This document shows positions 51,401 through 60,330 of a stretch of DNA of 64,000 nucleotides, one piece after another (position 1 is the first letter of the stretch; each line of letters opens with the position of its first letter). The notes under the pieces were generated by a model that had not been told where the DNA came from, ran no database searches, and saw nothing but the letters and a program-made list of their open reading frames with translations. The position numbers and the translations under genes are program-made. This stretch comes from Chloropicon primus (taxonomy: Eukaryota). Location: contig CP060764.1 of the NCBI GenBank assembly GCA_023205875.1, positions 310,001 to 374,000 on the forward strand, given 5' to 3'.

Positions 51401-54400
51401 AAGCTCTTTGCATCAGCATCTCCTAGCTGGTTCAGGTCGATCTTTGACTTCTTCGAGGACTTCTTGGCGTCGGTGACAAGCTCCTGGGCCGAGGCGCTTG
51501 TAAATTGCCATCCGCCTTCTGGGATCATTCGAACAATCGGGACGTCCGTTTCGAGATCCCCGTCATCATACAGGATGTCAAAAGTTCCACTCTGATGGAT
51601 TTTGGTGATGGATCCTCCGTACCAATCTGGGCCGTTTCTCCATTTCCCTTTAACGCGCTGGCCAACCTGGAACGTGTGCCCAGACTCCATGGTGAAGCTT
51701 CTTAGGCACGGCGAAGGCGGTTCATCGGCTTCAATAACCACAGGAATGTCTACAGTCATTTTGCTTGGCCTTGGCCTTTGGGTTGGCGCCCTCCTCTCCA
51801 ACTCGATGGGCACCTGGAGATGACTATGCTCTCGCTGCAGCTTCACGAAAAACTCTCTGTGGAGTGCCTCCTCAGAAGCTCGATGCAAGGAGAGAGGCCT
51901 CTTCCCCAAAAGCTGTACAAACTCGAAGAGTTTGTAACTGAGCTGAATGGGGCTCCCTTTGTCCAGGCAGAGTTCAAGAGCGTCCAGAATGTCCCCCGTG
52001 TTCAAAGGTTCGTGCATCGATCTCCTGTACAAGACGAAAGATTCCTTCACCTTCTCGGTGACTTCCATCTTGACGTAAGAAGAAGTCTCGTCTTCCAGCA
52101 TATCCAGAAAGCTTTGAAAGGCTCTCTTGCACCCATGCCTTATCGACTCGAGGAGGACAACGCAAATATTTGCTACCGTCCTCACGGTGCCACTATGGTG
52201 ATTCGAGGTGTAACTCTTCGTAAGGAAGAGGTACTCATCCATGCAGCCGCAATCGCTCTCCGGGTTTCTTCTGTAAAACTCGATGAGTAGAGAGCAAATA
52301 CTTTGCAAGCAAGCACAAGTGATCGACATTCCATCGGACACAAATATTTGGTCACGCTGCAGGAATGTGCGGATTCTCTTGAGGCAGGCTTCCAACCTTT
52401 CCTTGGAATCGATGGCAAGCACGCCAATTCCTTTGAGCAGAAAGGTGATTCTTTCGTTGACAGAGTAGGCGATGCCGTCGTGTGGCGCGTACTTCAAGAG
52501 CTCGAGCAAGAAGTCGGTTGCCTCCTGAGGGGATAGCCCGTCTTCATCTCGCAGCAGCCCTATCGCAACAGAAGCCGAGTGACTCACCAGCTGGTCAGCA
52601 ATCTGCAGGGCATTCTCCTTCGACGTCGTCAATGACGAGTACGTATCTGGGTTGAAGAATATTTCCCTGTACAAGTTGAGAAGAGTGTTGATCCCAGTCC
52701 AGTTTGTGCTTTCTCCAACCGTCCTCGCAAGTGCTAACGCAGCTTCTGACCGTACGCGGTGGTACAAATCTTTGTTTCTTACGCAGGCGTTCAGCGCGTT
52801 CACTGCGGAGTACGTGGGCGCGTCCAAATGCACGAGCCCTGAGATCGCATCAAGTTGGAGTGTGATGCTTTTCGAGCTCTCCAACTGACTGATCCACATT
52901 TTCTCAGGCTGAGAAACTTCAAAGGAAGCAAACCACTCGTAATTGTGGTGCACCCCGAGCCAGTTGACAGGGCCACACGGCAATCCCTTCTCCTCGGGCT
53001 CCTCCTTGTCATCTTTCCTCTTCCTCTTTTTCGCGACCAGTTTTCCTTGGCATTTCACATCCTCGAGAACCAGGTCCTGGTCACCAAGGAAAATTTTGTT
53101 CTTGTGTATGCCGTCCGTCTCCCCGGTCACCAAGGCAATCATCCCCAACCCCGAACCTTCTTTTCCGCAACATTTGACTGACGCCGACCCACTCACGTTG
53201 GCCGACTTGAGCCCCCTTTGCTTCAACGCCACACTGATGGAATGATGCTTCCGATTGAAGCAGAACGCGACGTAGATATGCGGGCAACCTCTCCCAATGA
53301 CCCACCTTTCATTAAAGCCTTGAAGCCACTTTCGATCCACTCCAGTGTCGAAAACTTTGGCCACCTTGTCAAAAAAGGTTTCCACGGCAAGAAAATACTC
53401 TGCCTTCTCCTTGAGTGCAGCAGACACGATGTTCTGCGTTACCTTCTGGAAAGGCTCCACCCCCGTGCGGTTTTCGACCATCCACACCAGAAGGTCTGTC
53501 TTGAACTTCAGCACGTGATTCGAGGTGTACCTCTCCACAAGAGGCGCCAGGACAAAACCCATTTTGCGATCGTAGAGAGAAGGGGACGCTTCATCCTGCT
53601 CCTGGACCACCAGGTCCAGCTTCCTGGACCACTGGTACAGGGCTTCGTTCTCCCCAAAGTGAGTTGAAACATACTTCGAAGTCATAAGCCCCGACAGCCC
53701 CGTTACCAACCACCTATCCTCTACCGACGCTGCCCTCAGAAGGTGGCCAAACCATTGGTCCGCCACGGCCCTCGCCATTTTGGTCCTGGACTCGATCGAG
53801 CCCAAGATGCTTTTCTCCTCCATGAGAAGGTCAGACGACAAGAGAATGACGCCACTCCCGACGATCACATCGTCCAGGAGGCAGGCCGGCGGCAGGAAGC
53901 AAAACGACAACCGCGGCAGCGGAAAGGGGGCCTCGAGGTACTCGAGGTACCTCTCCATCGCACCCTTGAGAAAGCCGGTGATGCCTTTCACCCTCTGCCT
54001 CAGGGACTCTTCCGCGAAGAAGCTCATTCTCATGCTCGGCCTCTTAGGATCGGCCTGCTCCAGCGTGAACCCCTCTTCCTCGAGCTCCCTCATCGGGCCC
54101 ACCGCAAAGCAGACTGACGATAAGGGGCAAGACCCCTCGGTCACGAACTTGTACACGTTCTCCCCCGACTCCTCAGACTTCGAGAGAAGCTTCCCGCTCG
54201 AGACCACCACCAGGTTCTTGTCCACCCTCAGCTCCAGGGAGAGCGGATACGCCGCGGTGACCCAAGCCGAGGAGTCCGAGAAGTACCCCTCCACGCAAGG
54301 CAGCCACGACTTGGTTGGCATGAAGTGGGACCCGGTGAAGCAGAAGCCTTTGTCATCGAAACTCAGCGCCTGGCCGTTAGCGAAGCTAACCACGTACTGA

Positions 54401-55005
54401 ATGCTCAGGCACGCGACCTCGCCCGCACCGGTCTCACCCAACGCCGACGGAGAGAGCTTCTGGGAGAGGTCAACCACGAAGCGAGCCGTGGTTTCTTCCG
54501 CGAGCTTCTCGTTGTATCTGTGCCACAACTCGTCCGCAAAGCGTGTGAGCCCCTTGCTGTGCACGCTCTCCTTCCTCCTATCGTTCGCGAGCGAGGCGTC
54601 GTAGCCCCTCCTCTCGTTCGAGGCCGGAGCGCACGAGTACGAGACGCTCTCGCCGCCGAGCGTCACGTCCTTCACCTCGAAAGCTTTCTTTTGCAGCTGA
54701 CTCCCCCCGACAGCCTCGCTCCCCGCCGCGCAGTGCAGCCTCACCCCCGCCGCGCCCTCTGAAACGAGGTCCTTGAGCGAGAGGAAGATGTCCGTCCTTC
54801 CGCTTATCATCTTCGCTGCAGTGTCCACCGTGAGCCTCGCCACCTGGTGTTGGATCTTCGGCACCACGAAGACCTTGGGCCTCTCGGCTCGCGGAGGAGA
54901 CGAAGCCGGCAAGTTGTCCGTCGCCTCCATCGCCTCCACCCTGGCCTCCATCGCCTCCACCAACCCGCTCCTCCCCTCCACCGTGGCCTCCACCTCCATC
55001 ATCAT
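48496..55005 (-). CDS. TAF2: TFIID subunit TAF2 with Tudor-like domain and 5-6 bromodomains
   Basis: Inactive M1-aminopeptidase fold (QWFG..DRWLVTGL), QPEKMWISQLE, YHRVRSEAALAL; Tudor FQVGQRVKGKW..WYGG..FDILYDDGD; repeated PV..PMDL..N bromodomains. Confidence 0.9.
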   Translation of the reverse strand: MMMEVEATVEGRSGLVEAMEARVEAMEATDNLPASSPPRAERPKVFVVPKIQHQVARLTVDTAAKMISGRTDIFLSLKDLVSEGAAGVRLHCAAGSEAVGGSQLQKKAFEVKDVTLGGESVSYSCAPASNERRGYDASLANDRRKESVHSKGLTRFADELWHRYNEKLAEETTARFVVDLSQKLSPSALGETGAGEVACLSIQYVVSFANGQALSFDDKGFCFTGSHFMPTKSWLPCVEGYFSDSSAWVTAAYPLSLELRVDKNLVVVSSGKLLSKSEESGENVYKFVTEGSCPLSSVCFAVGPMRELEEEGFTLEQADPKRPSMRMSFFAEESLRQRVKGITGFLKGAMERYLEYLEAPFPLPRLSFCFLPPACLLDDVIVGSGVILLSSDLLMEEKSILGSIESRTKMARAVADQWFGHLLRAASVEDRWLVTGLSGLMTSKYVSTHFGENEALYQWSRKLDLVVQEQDEASPSLYDRKMGFVLAPLVERYTSNHVLKFKTDLLVWMVENRTGVEPFQKVTQNIVSAALKEKAEYFLAVETFFDKVAKVFDTGVDRKWLQGFNERWVIGRGCPHIYVAFCFNRKHHSISVALKQRGLKSANVSGSASVKCCGKEGSGLGMIALVTGETDGIHKNKIFLGDQDLVLEDVKCQGKLVAKKRKRKDDKEEPEEKGLPCGPVNWLGVHHNYEWFASFEVSQPEKMWISQLESSKSITLQLDAISGLVHLDAPTYSAVNALNACVRNKDLYHRVRSEAALALARTVGESTNWTGINTLLNLYREIFFNPDTYSSLTTSKENALQIADQLVSHSASVAIGLLRDEDGLSPQEATDFLLELLKYAPHDGIAYSVNERITFLLKGIGVLAIDSKERLEACLKRIRTFLQRDQIFVSDGMSITCACLQSICSLLIEFYRRNPESDCGCMDEYLFLTKSYTSNHHSGTVRTVANICVVLLESIRHGCKRAFQSFLDMLEDETSSYVKMEVTEKVKESFVLYRRSMHEPLNTGDILDALELCLDKGSPIQLSYKLFEFVQLLGKRPLSLHRASEEALHREFFVKLQREHSHLQVPIELERRAPTQRPRPSKMTVDIPVVIEADEPPSPCLRSFTMESGHTFQVGQRVKGKWRNGPDWYGGSITKIHQSGTFDILYDDGDLETDVPIVRMIPEGGWQFTSASAQELVTDAKKSSKKSKIDLNQLGDADAKSLYAKLVSETSKEKPLTEEEKKQKLVEELMRLASKILNGLRSAKAAAYFMNPVSVASFGGETQEQKEKAFEEYLKVIEGNPMDLGTVTEKTRGAKYESPLQFRDDVRQIFINSRKFNVDHPESIVYKAGEKLSETFETKWKESHIEELWEAGEIRSLTRVESRAHTLHDSNRSQSFRGKVKFEDEQTQKMWGLCLQVLREVKTHPNAWPFLKPVDPEKDKAPDYFEVVKEPMDFNTVTDKLARRVYENVSEFKSDMELVFKNCRLYNKVEDNAVRKLGDDLEVFFKLSWDKHDIESKLLVENKVLTKEDEMMKECDRIVHFLKKHKYAEPFLKPVTQEMLQLPELWAKYQDVVKTPMDISTIASKQRRRKYSSIDEFKDDVNLVFENCFKFNFEGDPVHKAGKHLKRGFRKRWKKLEEKFGIERLKPDLEAWKRVEEVVSKIFNNDLAISFRAPVDKISVPDYYDVIKTPIDLGAIQSKVHNKEYASPVQVKEDMDLLFANCRQYNKEGDPLSTRGEELNKVFGELWSDAKIEALMAESACVSGEDSLAATLSEGGTLVPETTLLTNDSGQSQDTSKHHAEVLSKEKPLHGVSPPVKMEIDDVGAGGHETAEGVRGGGEGMEIDQAAAPDNSNGFPKIRLKSLPPKKVSLEIQGESDNPGSSQVHVVKEEAQLAAQGDAGFTPAQFQECLKLIFMLKKNKVAEAFVNPVTADTFGDPALWGKYQQIVTKPMDLTTIHNKLKSKEINAPKDLWEDVTQIFENCYRFNYAVDPVFVSAKELQRVFMKRWGGFERKFALEPQAASILEDIFSSAEVFLRSLVDHESYASLKTEVAAMDGIGFDFGPIARKLKTREYKEPTQVRDDLRFQFQALLREVEGNDLLHSKVEDFQKVFHGLWEEGEFEKKFSRCVLKSESPKKIHREARKSSERVAKAYPSQGDVKAEHAPSPPKEKPSAPTGGLTLKIKFGAPKQ

Positions 55006-55478
55006 ACCCTTCCCGAGACCTTTCTCTCCGACCAAACCAACCCACCCACCAAGCAAGCGACAAGAAGAAGAAAGAGAACGCGCTTTCGGAGGAAGCGCGA
55101 GCGAATGGAAGCGGATCGCGTCCCTCTCCGCCCCTTCCCACTCCTGGCCCTTCCTACCAAGGCCCCTCCCTCTCCTCACCACCGATCGCGATCGCTTCCT
55201 CCCCTTGTGGCTTCTCTCTGTCTCTCTCTCTCCTCAAGGGATCGATCGATCGGAGAGGAGAGGAGAGGAAGAGAGAGGGAGGGAAAGAGAGAGAGGGAGA
55301 GAGAAAGAGAGGCGAGCACGATCGCACGCGAACACGGGACCGTGATCGTGATCGCGATCGCTATCCTTCTCCTTGCCCGCGATCGCCGCGATCAGGGTTC
55401 CTCGCGACTTCGCGATCGGTCGATCGATCCATCTATAATTAACTTCACCCGGAGAAACCTTTTTTTCTTTCGGAGCCG

Positions 55479-55480
<2 letters not shown>

Positions 55481-55516
<36 letters not shown>
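55481..55516. repeat. (AG)n microsatellite in the eIF3k 5' leader
   Basis: About 18 AG units directly before the ATG at 55523. Confidence 0.95.
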
Positions 55517-55519
<3 letters not shown>

Positions 55520-55522
55520 ACG

Positions 55523-56333
55523 ATGGAGCTCAAAGGAAAGGACAGATATAACCCGGAGTTGATCCCGAGACTGGAAGAGTAAGTGACCGACCCGTGGAGG
55601 AGACCTTCGTGTGTTTTTTTCTTTGGGTTTCCTTCACCTGCCTGTCGCTTCTCGCGTTGTCGTCGTCGTCATCGTCGTGAAGATGAAGATGAAGAGAAGA
55701 AGATTGGAACTGACTGGAAGGTTACTCTCTTTCTCTTGTCGCGTGCGTTCTCGTTCGTTACGCAGGTCGGTCGACAAGCAGATCTCAGACAACACGTTTG
55801 ACTTGTCGACGAACCTCGTACTGCTTCGCATGTACCAGTTCTTCCCTGACCAGACGAACTCGACGGTGCTTGTGAAGATACTCGTCAAGGCGTTGATGCA
55901 GCTTCCTGGCACGGACTTCACGCAGTGCGCGTACCTCGTGCCCCAGAGGTTCCAGCTCGAGGAGCCCATTGCGAACTTGCTGACCCTCGCTCAGTACGCA
56001 GAGTGCATGCAGTTCAAGGAGTTCTGGGAGGTTGCTTCCAAGTGCAAGTACCTGTGGGAGAGCATCCCAGGGTTTGAGGAGAGCATAAGGAACTTCGCGT
56101 TGCACGCGATCAACTTGACCTTCTCGCAGATCAGAAAGCAGAAGCTCGGAGAGATTTTGTCCTTGACCGGCAAGGACTTGGACGCCCTCGTAAAGGAGAG
56201 GGCCGCAAACTCGGGCTGGCAGGTCGTGGGGGAGGTTGTGCACTTGGGGAACGCTTTGAAGAGCCAGATCGGGAAGTCGTCAGGATCGAACGTCTTGGAG
56301 GTCTCGCAGTTTGGGCCCTTGATGGGACTGTGA
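55523..56333 (+). CDS. EIF3K: Translation initiation factor 3 subunit K; intron 55579-55765
   Basis: DRYNPELIPRLEE|SVDKQ..FDLSTNLVLLRMYQFFP..ILVKALMQLP.TDF..C.YL..IPGFEESIR. Confidence 0.93.
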
Positions 56334-56466
56334 GGGGCGCGCTCGGAGAGCACAAGGAAATGGAGAAAGAACGAAAGAAAAAATAAGATATATACACAAC
56401 ACGACTTGTTTTCTGTTTTCGACCAGAGGCTGTTTTTGTTTTTGTTGTTGTTGGTTTCTTCGGGTC

Positions 56467-57354
56467 TCAAAAGTTGCTGAGGTTTCGCCTCTTCCTCCCG
56501 GTGTACTTCGTGTCTGGTTGGACGTCCATGTAGCCCCGCTTCCTCCTGAGCGCCTTTTTCTTGAGGATCCAGTCCCTTCCCTTGGCCTGGGGGTGCCGCT
56601 TCGAGCCCCCGTGGCCCCCATGGCCCCCATCTTTCCGCCTCTTCCCCTTGGCGCTGGTGCGCTCGTAGACCTTGACTTGACCCATGTGCTCGTCCTCGAG
56701 GGCTTGGGGGAGCTGGGGCACCCCCGCCGACGAGGTCATGAGCACGAGGTAGTGCTTCTTCGCCTTGGAACTCTGAGGAAAGTCCACCACGACTCCTCCG
56801 GTGAAGCCGCTCTTCATCGCCGTCACGGTGATCATCTCGGCCTGCACCGCGTTCTCCGGGTACATTTGGAAGACCGCCCTCGCTCCCCTCGCAAGGCACT
56901 TGTAAAGGCTGTCAAAGAGGCACTTCAACCTCAGCTTGGGGTTCTGCTGGGAAGTCTCCGCGTTGCACAGCCACTGGAGGGCCGAGATGCTGATGGCGCC
57001 GTCGTAGCAGCCTGGCCTCAGCCCCAGGCCTTGGCCCAAGTCCTTCCTGCAGAGGTCTCCCTCCGTCTCCCGCTCCTTGGCCACCTCCAGCATCGACATG
57101 CTGATGTCAAACCCAGTCCAGTAGTGCCCCCGCTCTGTCAGCGTCTCCCCACTCAGCCCAGAACCACACCCGAGGTCGAGCAAAAGCCTCGGCTGCCCAT
57201 CTTCCGGCAGAGCCAGGAGCTCCATCGCTCTCTCCGTCAGCTGCGTCTGAATGTTCATGATCCTCGAGTTCGTCGTGTACTTCCTCGCCTCCACGTCGTC
57301 GTAGAACACGTCCGGCGGAGCCGTATGCTCCGGCCTGTCACCCGATCGTCCCAT
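56467..57354 (-). CDS. BUD23: 18S rRNA m7G methyltransferase
   Basis: RPEHTAPPDVFY..EARKYT, LLDLGCGSGLSG, ISISALQWLCNA, TKYTGRKR. Confidence 0.97.
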   Translation of the reverse strand: MGRSGDRPEHTAPPDVFYDDVEARKYTTNSRIMNIQTQLTERAMELLALPEDGQPRLLLDLGCGSGLSGETLTERGHYWTGFDISMSMLEVAKERETEGDLCRKDLGQGLGLRPGCYDGAISISALQWLCNAETSQQNPKLRLKCLFDSLYKCLARGARAVFQMYPENAVQAEMITVTAMKSGFTGGVVVDFPQSSKAKKHYLVLMTSSAGVPQLPQALEDEHMGQVKVYERTSAKGKRRKDGGHGGHGGSKRHPQAKGRDWILKKKALRRKRGYMDVQPDTKYTGRKRRNLSNF

Positions 57355-57383
57355 AGTATCCTCTTCCTCACTCTTGCTCTAAC

Positions 57384-57745
57384 GTCTCCCTCTCTCGTCC
57401 ACTCCGCGGGTCAACCGAGGTACCGACAGAAAGCCCGTGAGACGCTCTTTCGTTTGACGCGACTCTCACTCCTGGCCTCCGTCGCCAACCGCCTCCAAGT
57501 CGCGCTCCAAGTCGACGCTTTTCCTTTCAATCGCCGCCAGGTGGTCGGTCGATGAATGAGAGAGTCTCCCTCTCGCTCTCGTCCACTCCACGGGTCAACC
57601 GAGGTACCGACAGAAAGCCCGTGAGACGCTCTTTCGTTTGACACGACTCTCACTCCTGGCCTCCGTCGCCAACCGCCTCCAAGTCGCGCTCCAAGTCGAC
57701 GCTTTCCCTCTCAATCGCCGCCAGGTGGTCGGTGAATGAGAGAGA
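57384..57745. repeat. Head-to-tail tandem duplication, period ~181-184 bp
   Basis: gtccactcc..tcaaccgaggtaccgacagaaagcccgtgagac..caggtggtcggt..gaatgagagag occurs twice and fills the BUD23/SELENOH divergent promoter. Confidence 0.97.
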
Positions 57746-57768
57746 GAGGGGAACGAGAGAGGAAGAGG

Positions 57769-58261
57769 ATGGCGGTGAAGAAGAAGATCGAGAAGAAGAA
57801 GGCGCCGGCCAAGAAGAGCCAGGAGGCCAAGGCCAAGGCAGTCGGGAAGGTTGTGGAGATCGAGAGGTGCAGCTCATGAGGCGTGTTTCGGTCCAAGGCG
57901 AACAAACTCGAGCGTCTTCTCAAAGAGGAGGGCATCACTAACGTGAATCAGAACCCAACGAAACCGAGGAGAGGGACGTTCGAGGTGCGCTGCGGAGGAA
58001 AGGCCATCGCCAGCTTCGAGGCCATGCCGAGACCCTTCAAGGCGTTGAGGGAGGCGGACTTGGAGCAGATTGCAAAGGTAAGGAGAAGCCTCTCTCTCTT
58101 TCTCTCTCTCACTTCCGGCTTGGTTTCTTTTTTTTGGATTAAACTTTGGGTCTGACTCGTTTCTCTCCTTTGCTTTCCGTCGCTTCTGTCCCTCTGCCGG
58201 TCCGCCTGCCTGTCCCTATTTGGGATCCAAGGACGTTGCGGCGGCTTACAACGAAAAGTAA
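57769..58261 (+). CDS. SELENOH: Selenoprotein H (CxxU; UGA-Sec at 57877-57879); intron 58078-58231
   Basis: K-rich N-terminus, VEIERCSS-UGA-GVF, NPTKPRRGTFEV match SelH. The frame stays open past the UGA, and a SECIS lies downstream. Confidence 0.93.
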
Positions 58262-58302
58262 GCAGTACACTACTCGTTGTTTTGGAAGAGAACGGGGTGG
58301 AG

Positions 58303-58368
58303 GGGGGCATCTATGACGCGGCAAGAGGAAAGATTGATCGCTCTTCCCGCTGATAAGCTTTATGCACC
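58303..58368 (+). promoter_or_regulatory. SECIS element (type II-like) in the SelH 3'UTR
   Basis: ATGA at 58313; helix gcggcaagag/ctcttcccgc; unpaired AAA; gat/atc mini-stem; TGAT at 58351; basal gcat/atgc pairing; TGTAA poly(A) signal at 58369. Confidence 0.88.
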
Positions 58369-58474
58369 TGTAATGCGACCCCACCGCTTCGTCCTTTCGA
58401 TCAAACCACCTTGCCCCCTCCGCGTACAGGGGAGAGACGAACTAGGGAACCCTCGCATGATGATGACCCCATCC

Positions 58475-58988
58475 CCGCTCTGTTCTGCCCCTCTCCAGGA
58501 AGCCATCCGATGCCTGGCCCTCAAGTGAGCACACCAATCGAAAGATCCCGAGGTCTACTTTTGTGCTAGACCTCCTCCTTGGGGTTTGCCCACCCCTCCC
58601 GTCGTTGATCGCGACCAATCAAGTGCCCCTCTCCCTCATCCTCGTCACCGCTCTGTTCTGCCCCTCTCCAGGAAGCCATCCGATGCCTGGCCCTCAAGTG
58701 AGCACACCAATCGAAAGATCCCGAGGTCTACTTTTGTGCTAGACCTCCTCCTTGGGGTTTGCCCACCCCTCCCGTCGTTGATCGCGACCAATCAAGTGCC
58801 CCTCTCCCTCATCCTCGTCACCGCTCTGTTCTGCCCCTCTCCAGGAAGCCATCCGATGCCTGGCCCTCAAGTGAGCACACCAATCGAAAGATCCCGAGGT
58901 CTACTTTTGTGCTAGACCTCCTCCTTGGGGTTTGCCCACCCCTCCCGTCGTTGATCGCGCCCATCAAGTGCCCCTCTCCCTCATCCTC
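58475..58988. repeat. Three tandem copies of a 173-bp unit upstream of KAE1
   Basis: Units start at 58475, 58648 and 58821 (ccgctctgttctgcccctctccaggaagcc...). They are nearly identical; the third has a small deletion. Confidence 0.97.
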
Positions 58989-59091
58989 CCCCTCCATTCA
59001 TCGAGCAGGCGAGGCTCGAGGGCTGAAGAGCCACGGCGGCTGAAGCAGCGAAGGGAGAGAGTGAGCGAGCGTTTGGCAAGAGGAGGGAAGG

Positions 59092-60277
59092 ATGACGAAG
59101 GGGAAGGTGACGATATGCATGGGCTTCGAGGGCTCCGCGAACAAGATCGGTGTCGGCATCGTGACCTCCGAGGGAGACATCTTGGCCAACCCAAGGGAAA
59201 CGTTTATTACTCCACCCGGAACAGGTTTTCTCCCGAGAGAGACAGCACTCCATCACCAGCAAGTTATCGTGCCTCTGGTTCAGAAGTGTCTCAAGGAGGC
59301 GAACCTGACGCCAAAGGTGAGTGACCGGACACGCGTCTTCATTCTTTTCGTTTGCTTGTGCGCTTGTTCCTTCCGTTGCGAACGCGCTCCATGTCGTGGG
59401 GAATTGAATTTGTGATGGATGGATGTGCTGACAGGCTTTTGTCTTCTTCTCTTGCTCCTCTCGTCTTCGGAAGGACATTGACTGCTTGGCGTACACCAAA
59501 GGCCCGGGAATGGGAGCCCCTCTCGTCTCAACGGCGGTCGTCATGCGGACCCTCGCTCAGATCTGGAACGTGCCCATCGTTCCAGTGAACCACTGCGTGG
59601 GTCATATCGAAATGGGAAGGCTCGTGACTGGCGCTGTGGACCCCATCGTACTGTACGTGAGCGGTGGCAATACCCAGGTCATTGCCTACTCCGAGAAGCG
59701 CTACCGTATCTTCGGGGAGACCATTGACATTGCCGTGGGGAACTGCCTGGACCGCTTCGCCCGTTGTTTGGGCTTGTCGAACGATCCTAGCCCGGGCTAC
59801 AACATCGAGCAGCTCGCGAAGAAGGGCAGCCAATACATCGAGATGCCGTACAACGTGAAGGGAATGGACGTGTCCTTCTCCGGGATTCTCTCCTTCGCTG
59901 AAGACACCGTGGTGAAGATGCTGAAGAAGGGAACTGCGACCAAGGCCGACTTGTGCTTCTCCTTCCAGGAGACAATCTTCGCCATGCTGGTGGAGATTAC
60001 GGAGAGAGCCATGGCCCACTGCAACACGCAGGACGTCCTCATCGTCGGGGGAGTTGGTTGCAACAAGAGGTTGCAGGCCATGATGAAGATCATGGCCGAC
60101 GAGAGAGGCGGGGTGCTTTACGCCACGGATGAGAGGTACTGCATAGACAATGGCGCCATGATTGCTTGGCCTGGTCTTCTTGCCTTTGGGCAAGGGGACA
60201 CGATTCCTGTGGAGGAGTCTTCTGTGACCCAGAGGTACAGAACTGACGACCCCGTCATCAACTGGAGGGACGACTGA
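59092..60277 (+). CDS. KAE1: tRNA t6A threonylcarbamoyltransferase (KEOPS); intron 59317-59473
   Basis: [64 protein letters not shown]. Confidence 0.97.
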
Positions 60278-60330
60278 AGAATCAAGAAACAAAATCAAAT
60301 TAGACTAGGCTTGTAAAACAAATAAAAACC

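Noticed and set aside
15504..58368. Trace-metal gene cluster (PAP, Ctr fusion, NikA-like, SelH)
   Set aside because: The genes are 10-15 kb apart and separated by unrelated housekeeping genes; there is no evidence of co-regulation.
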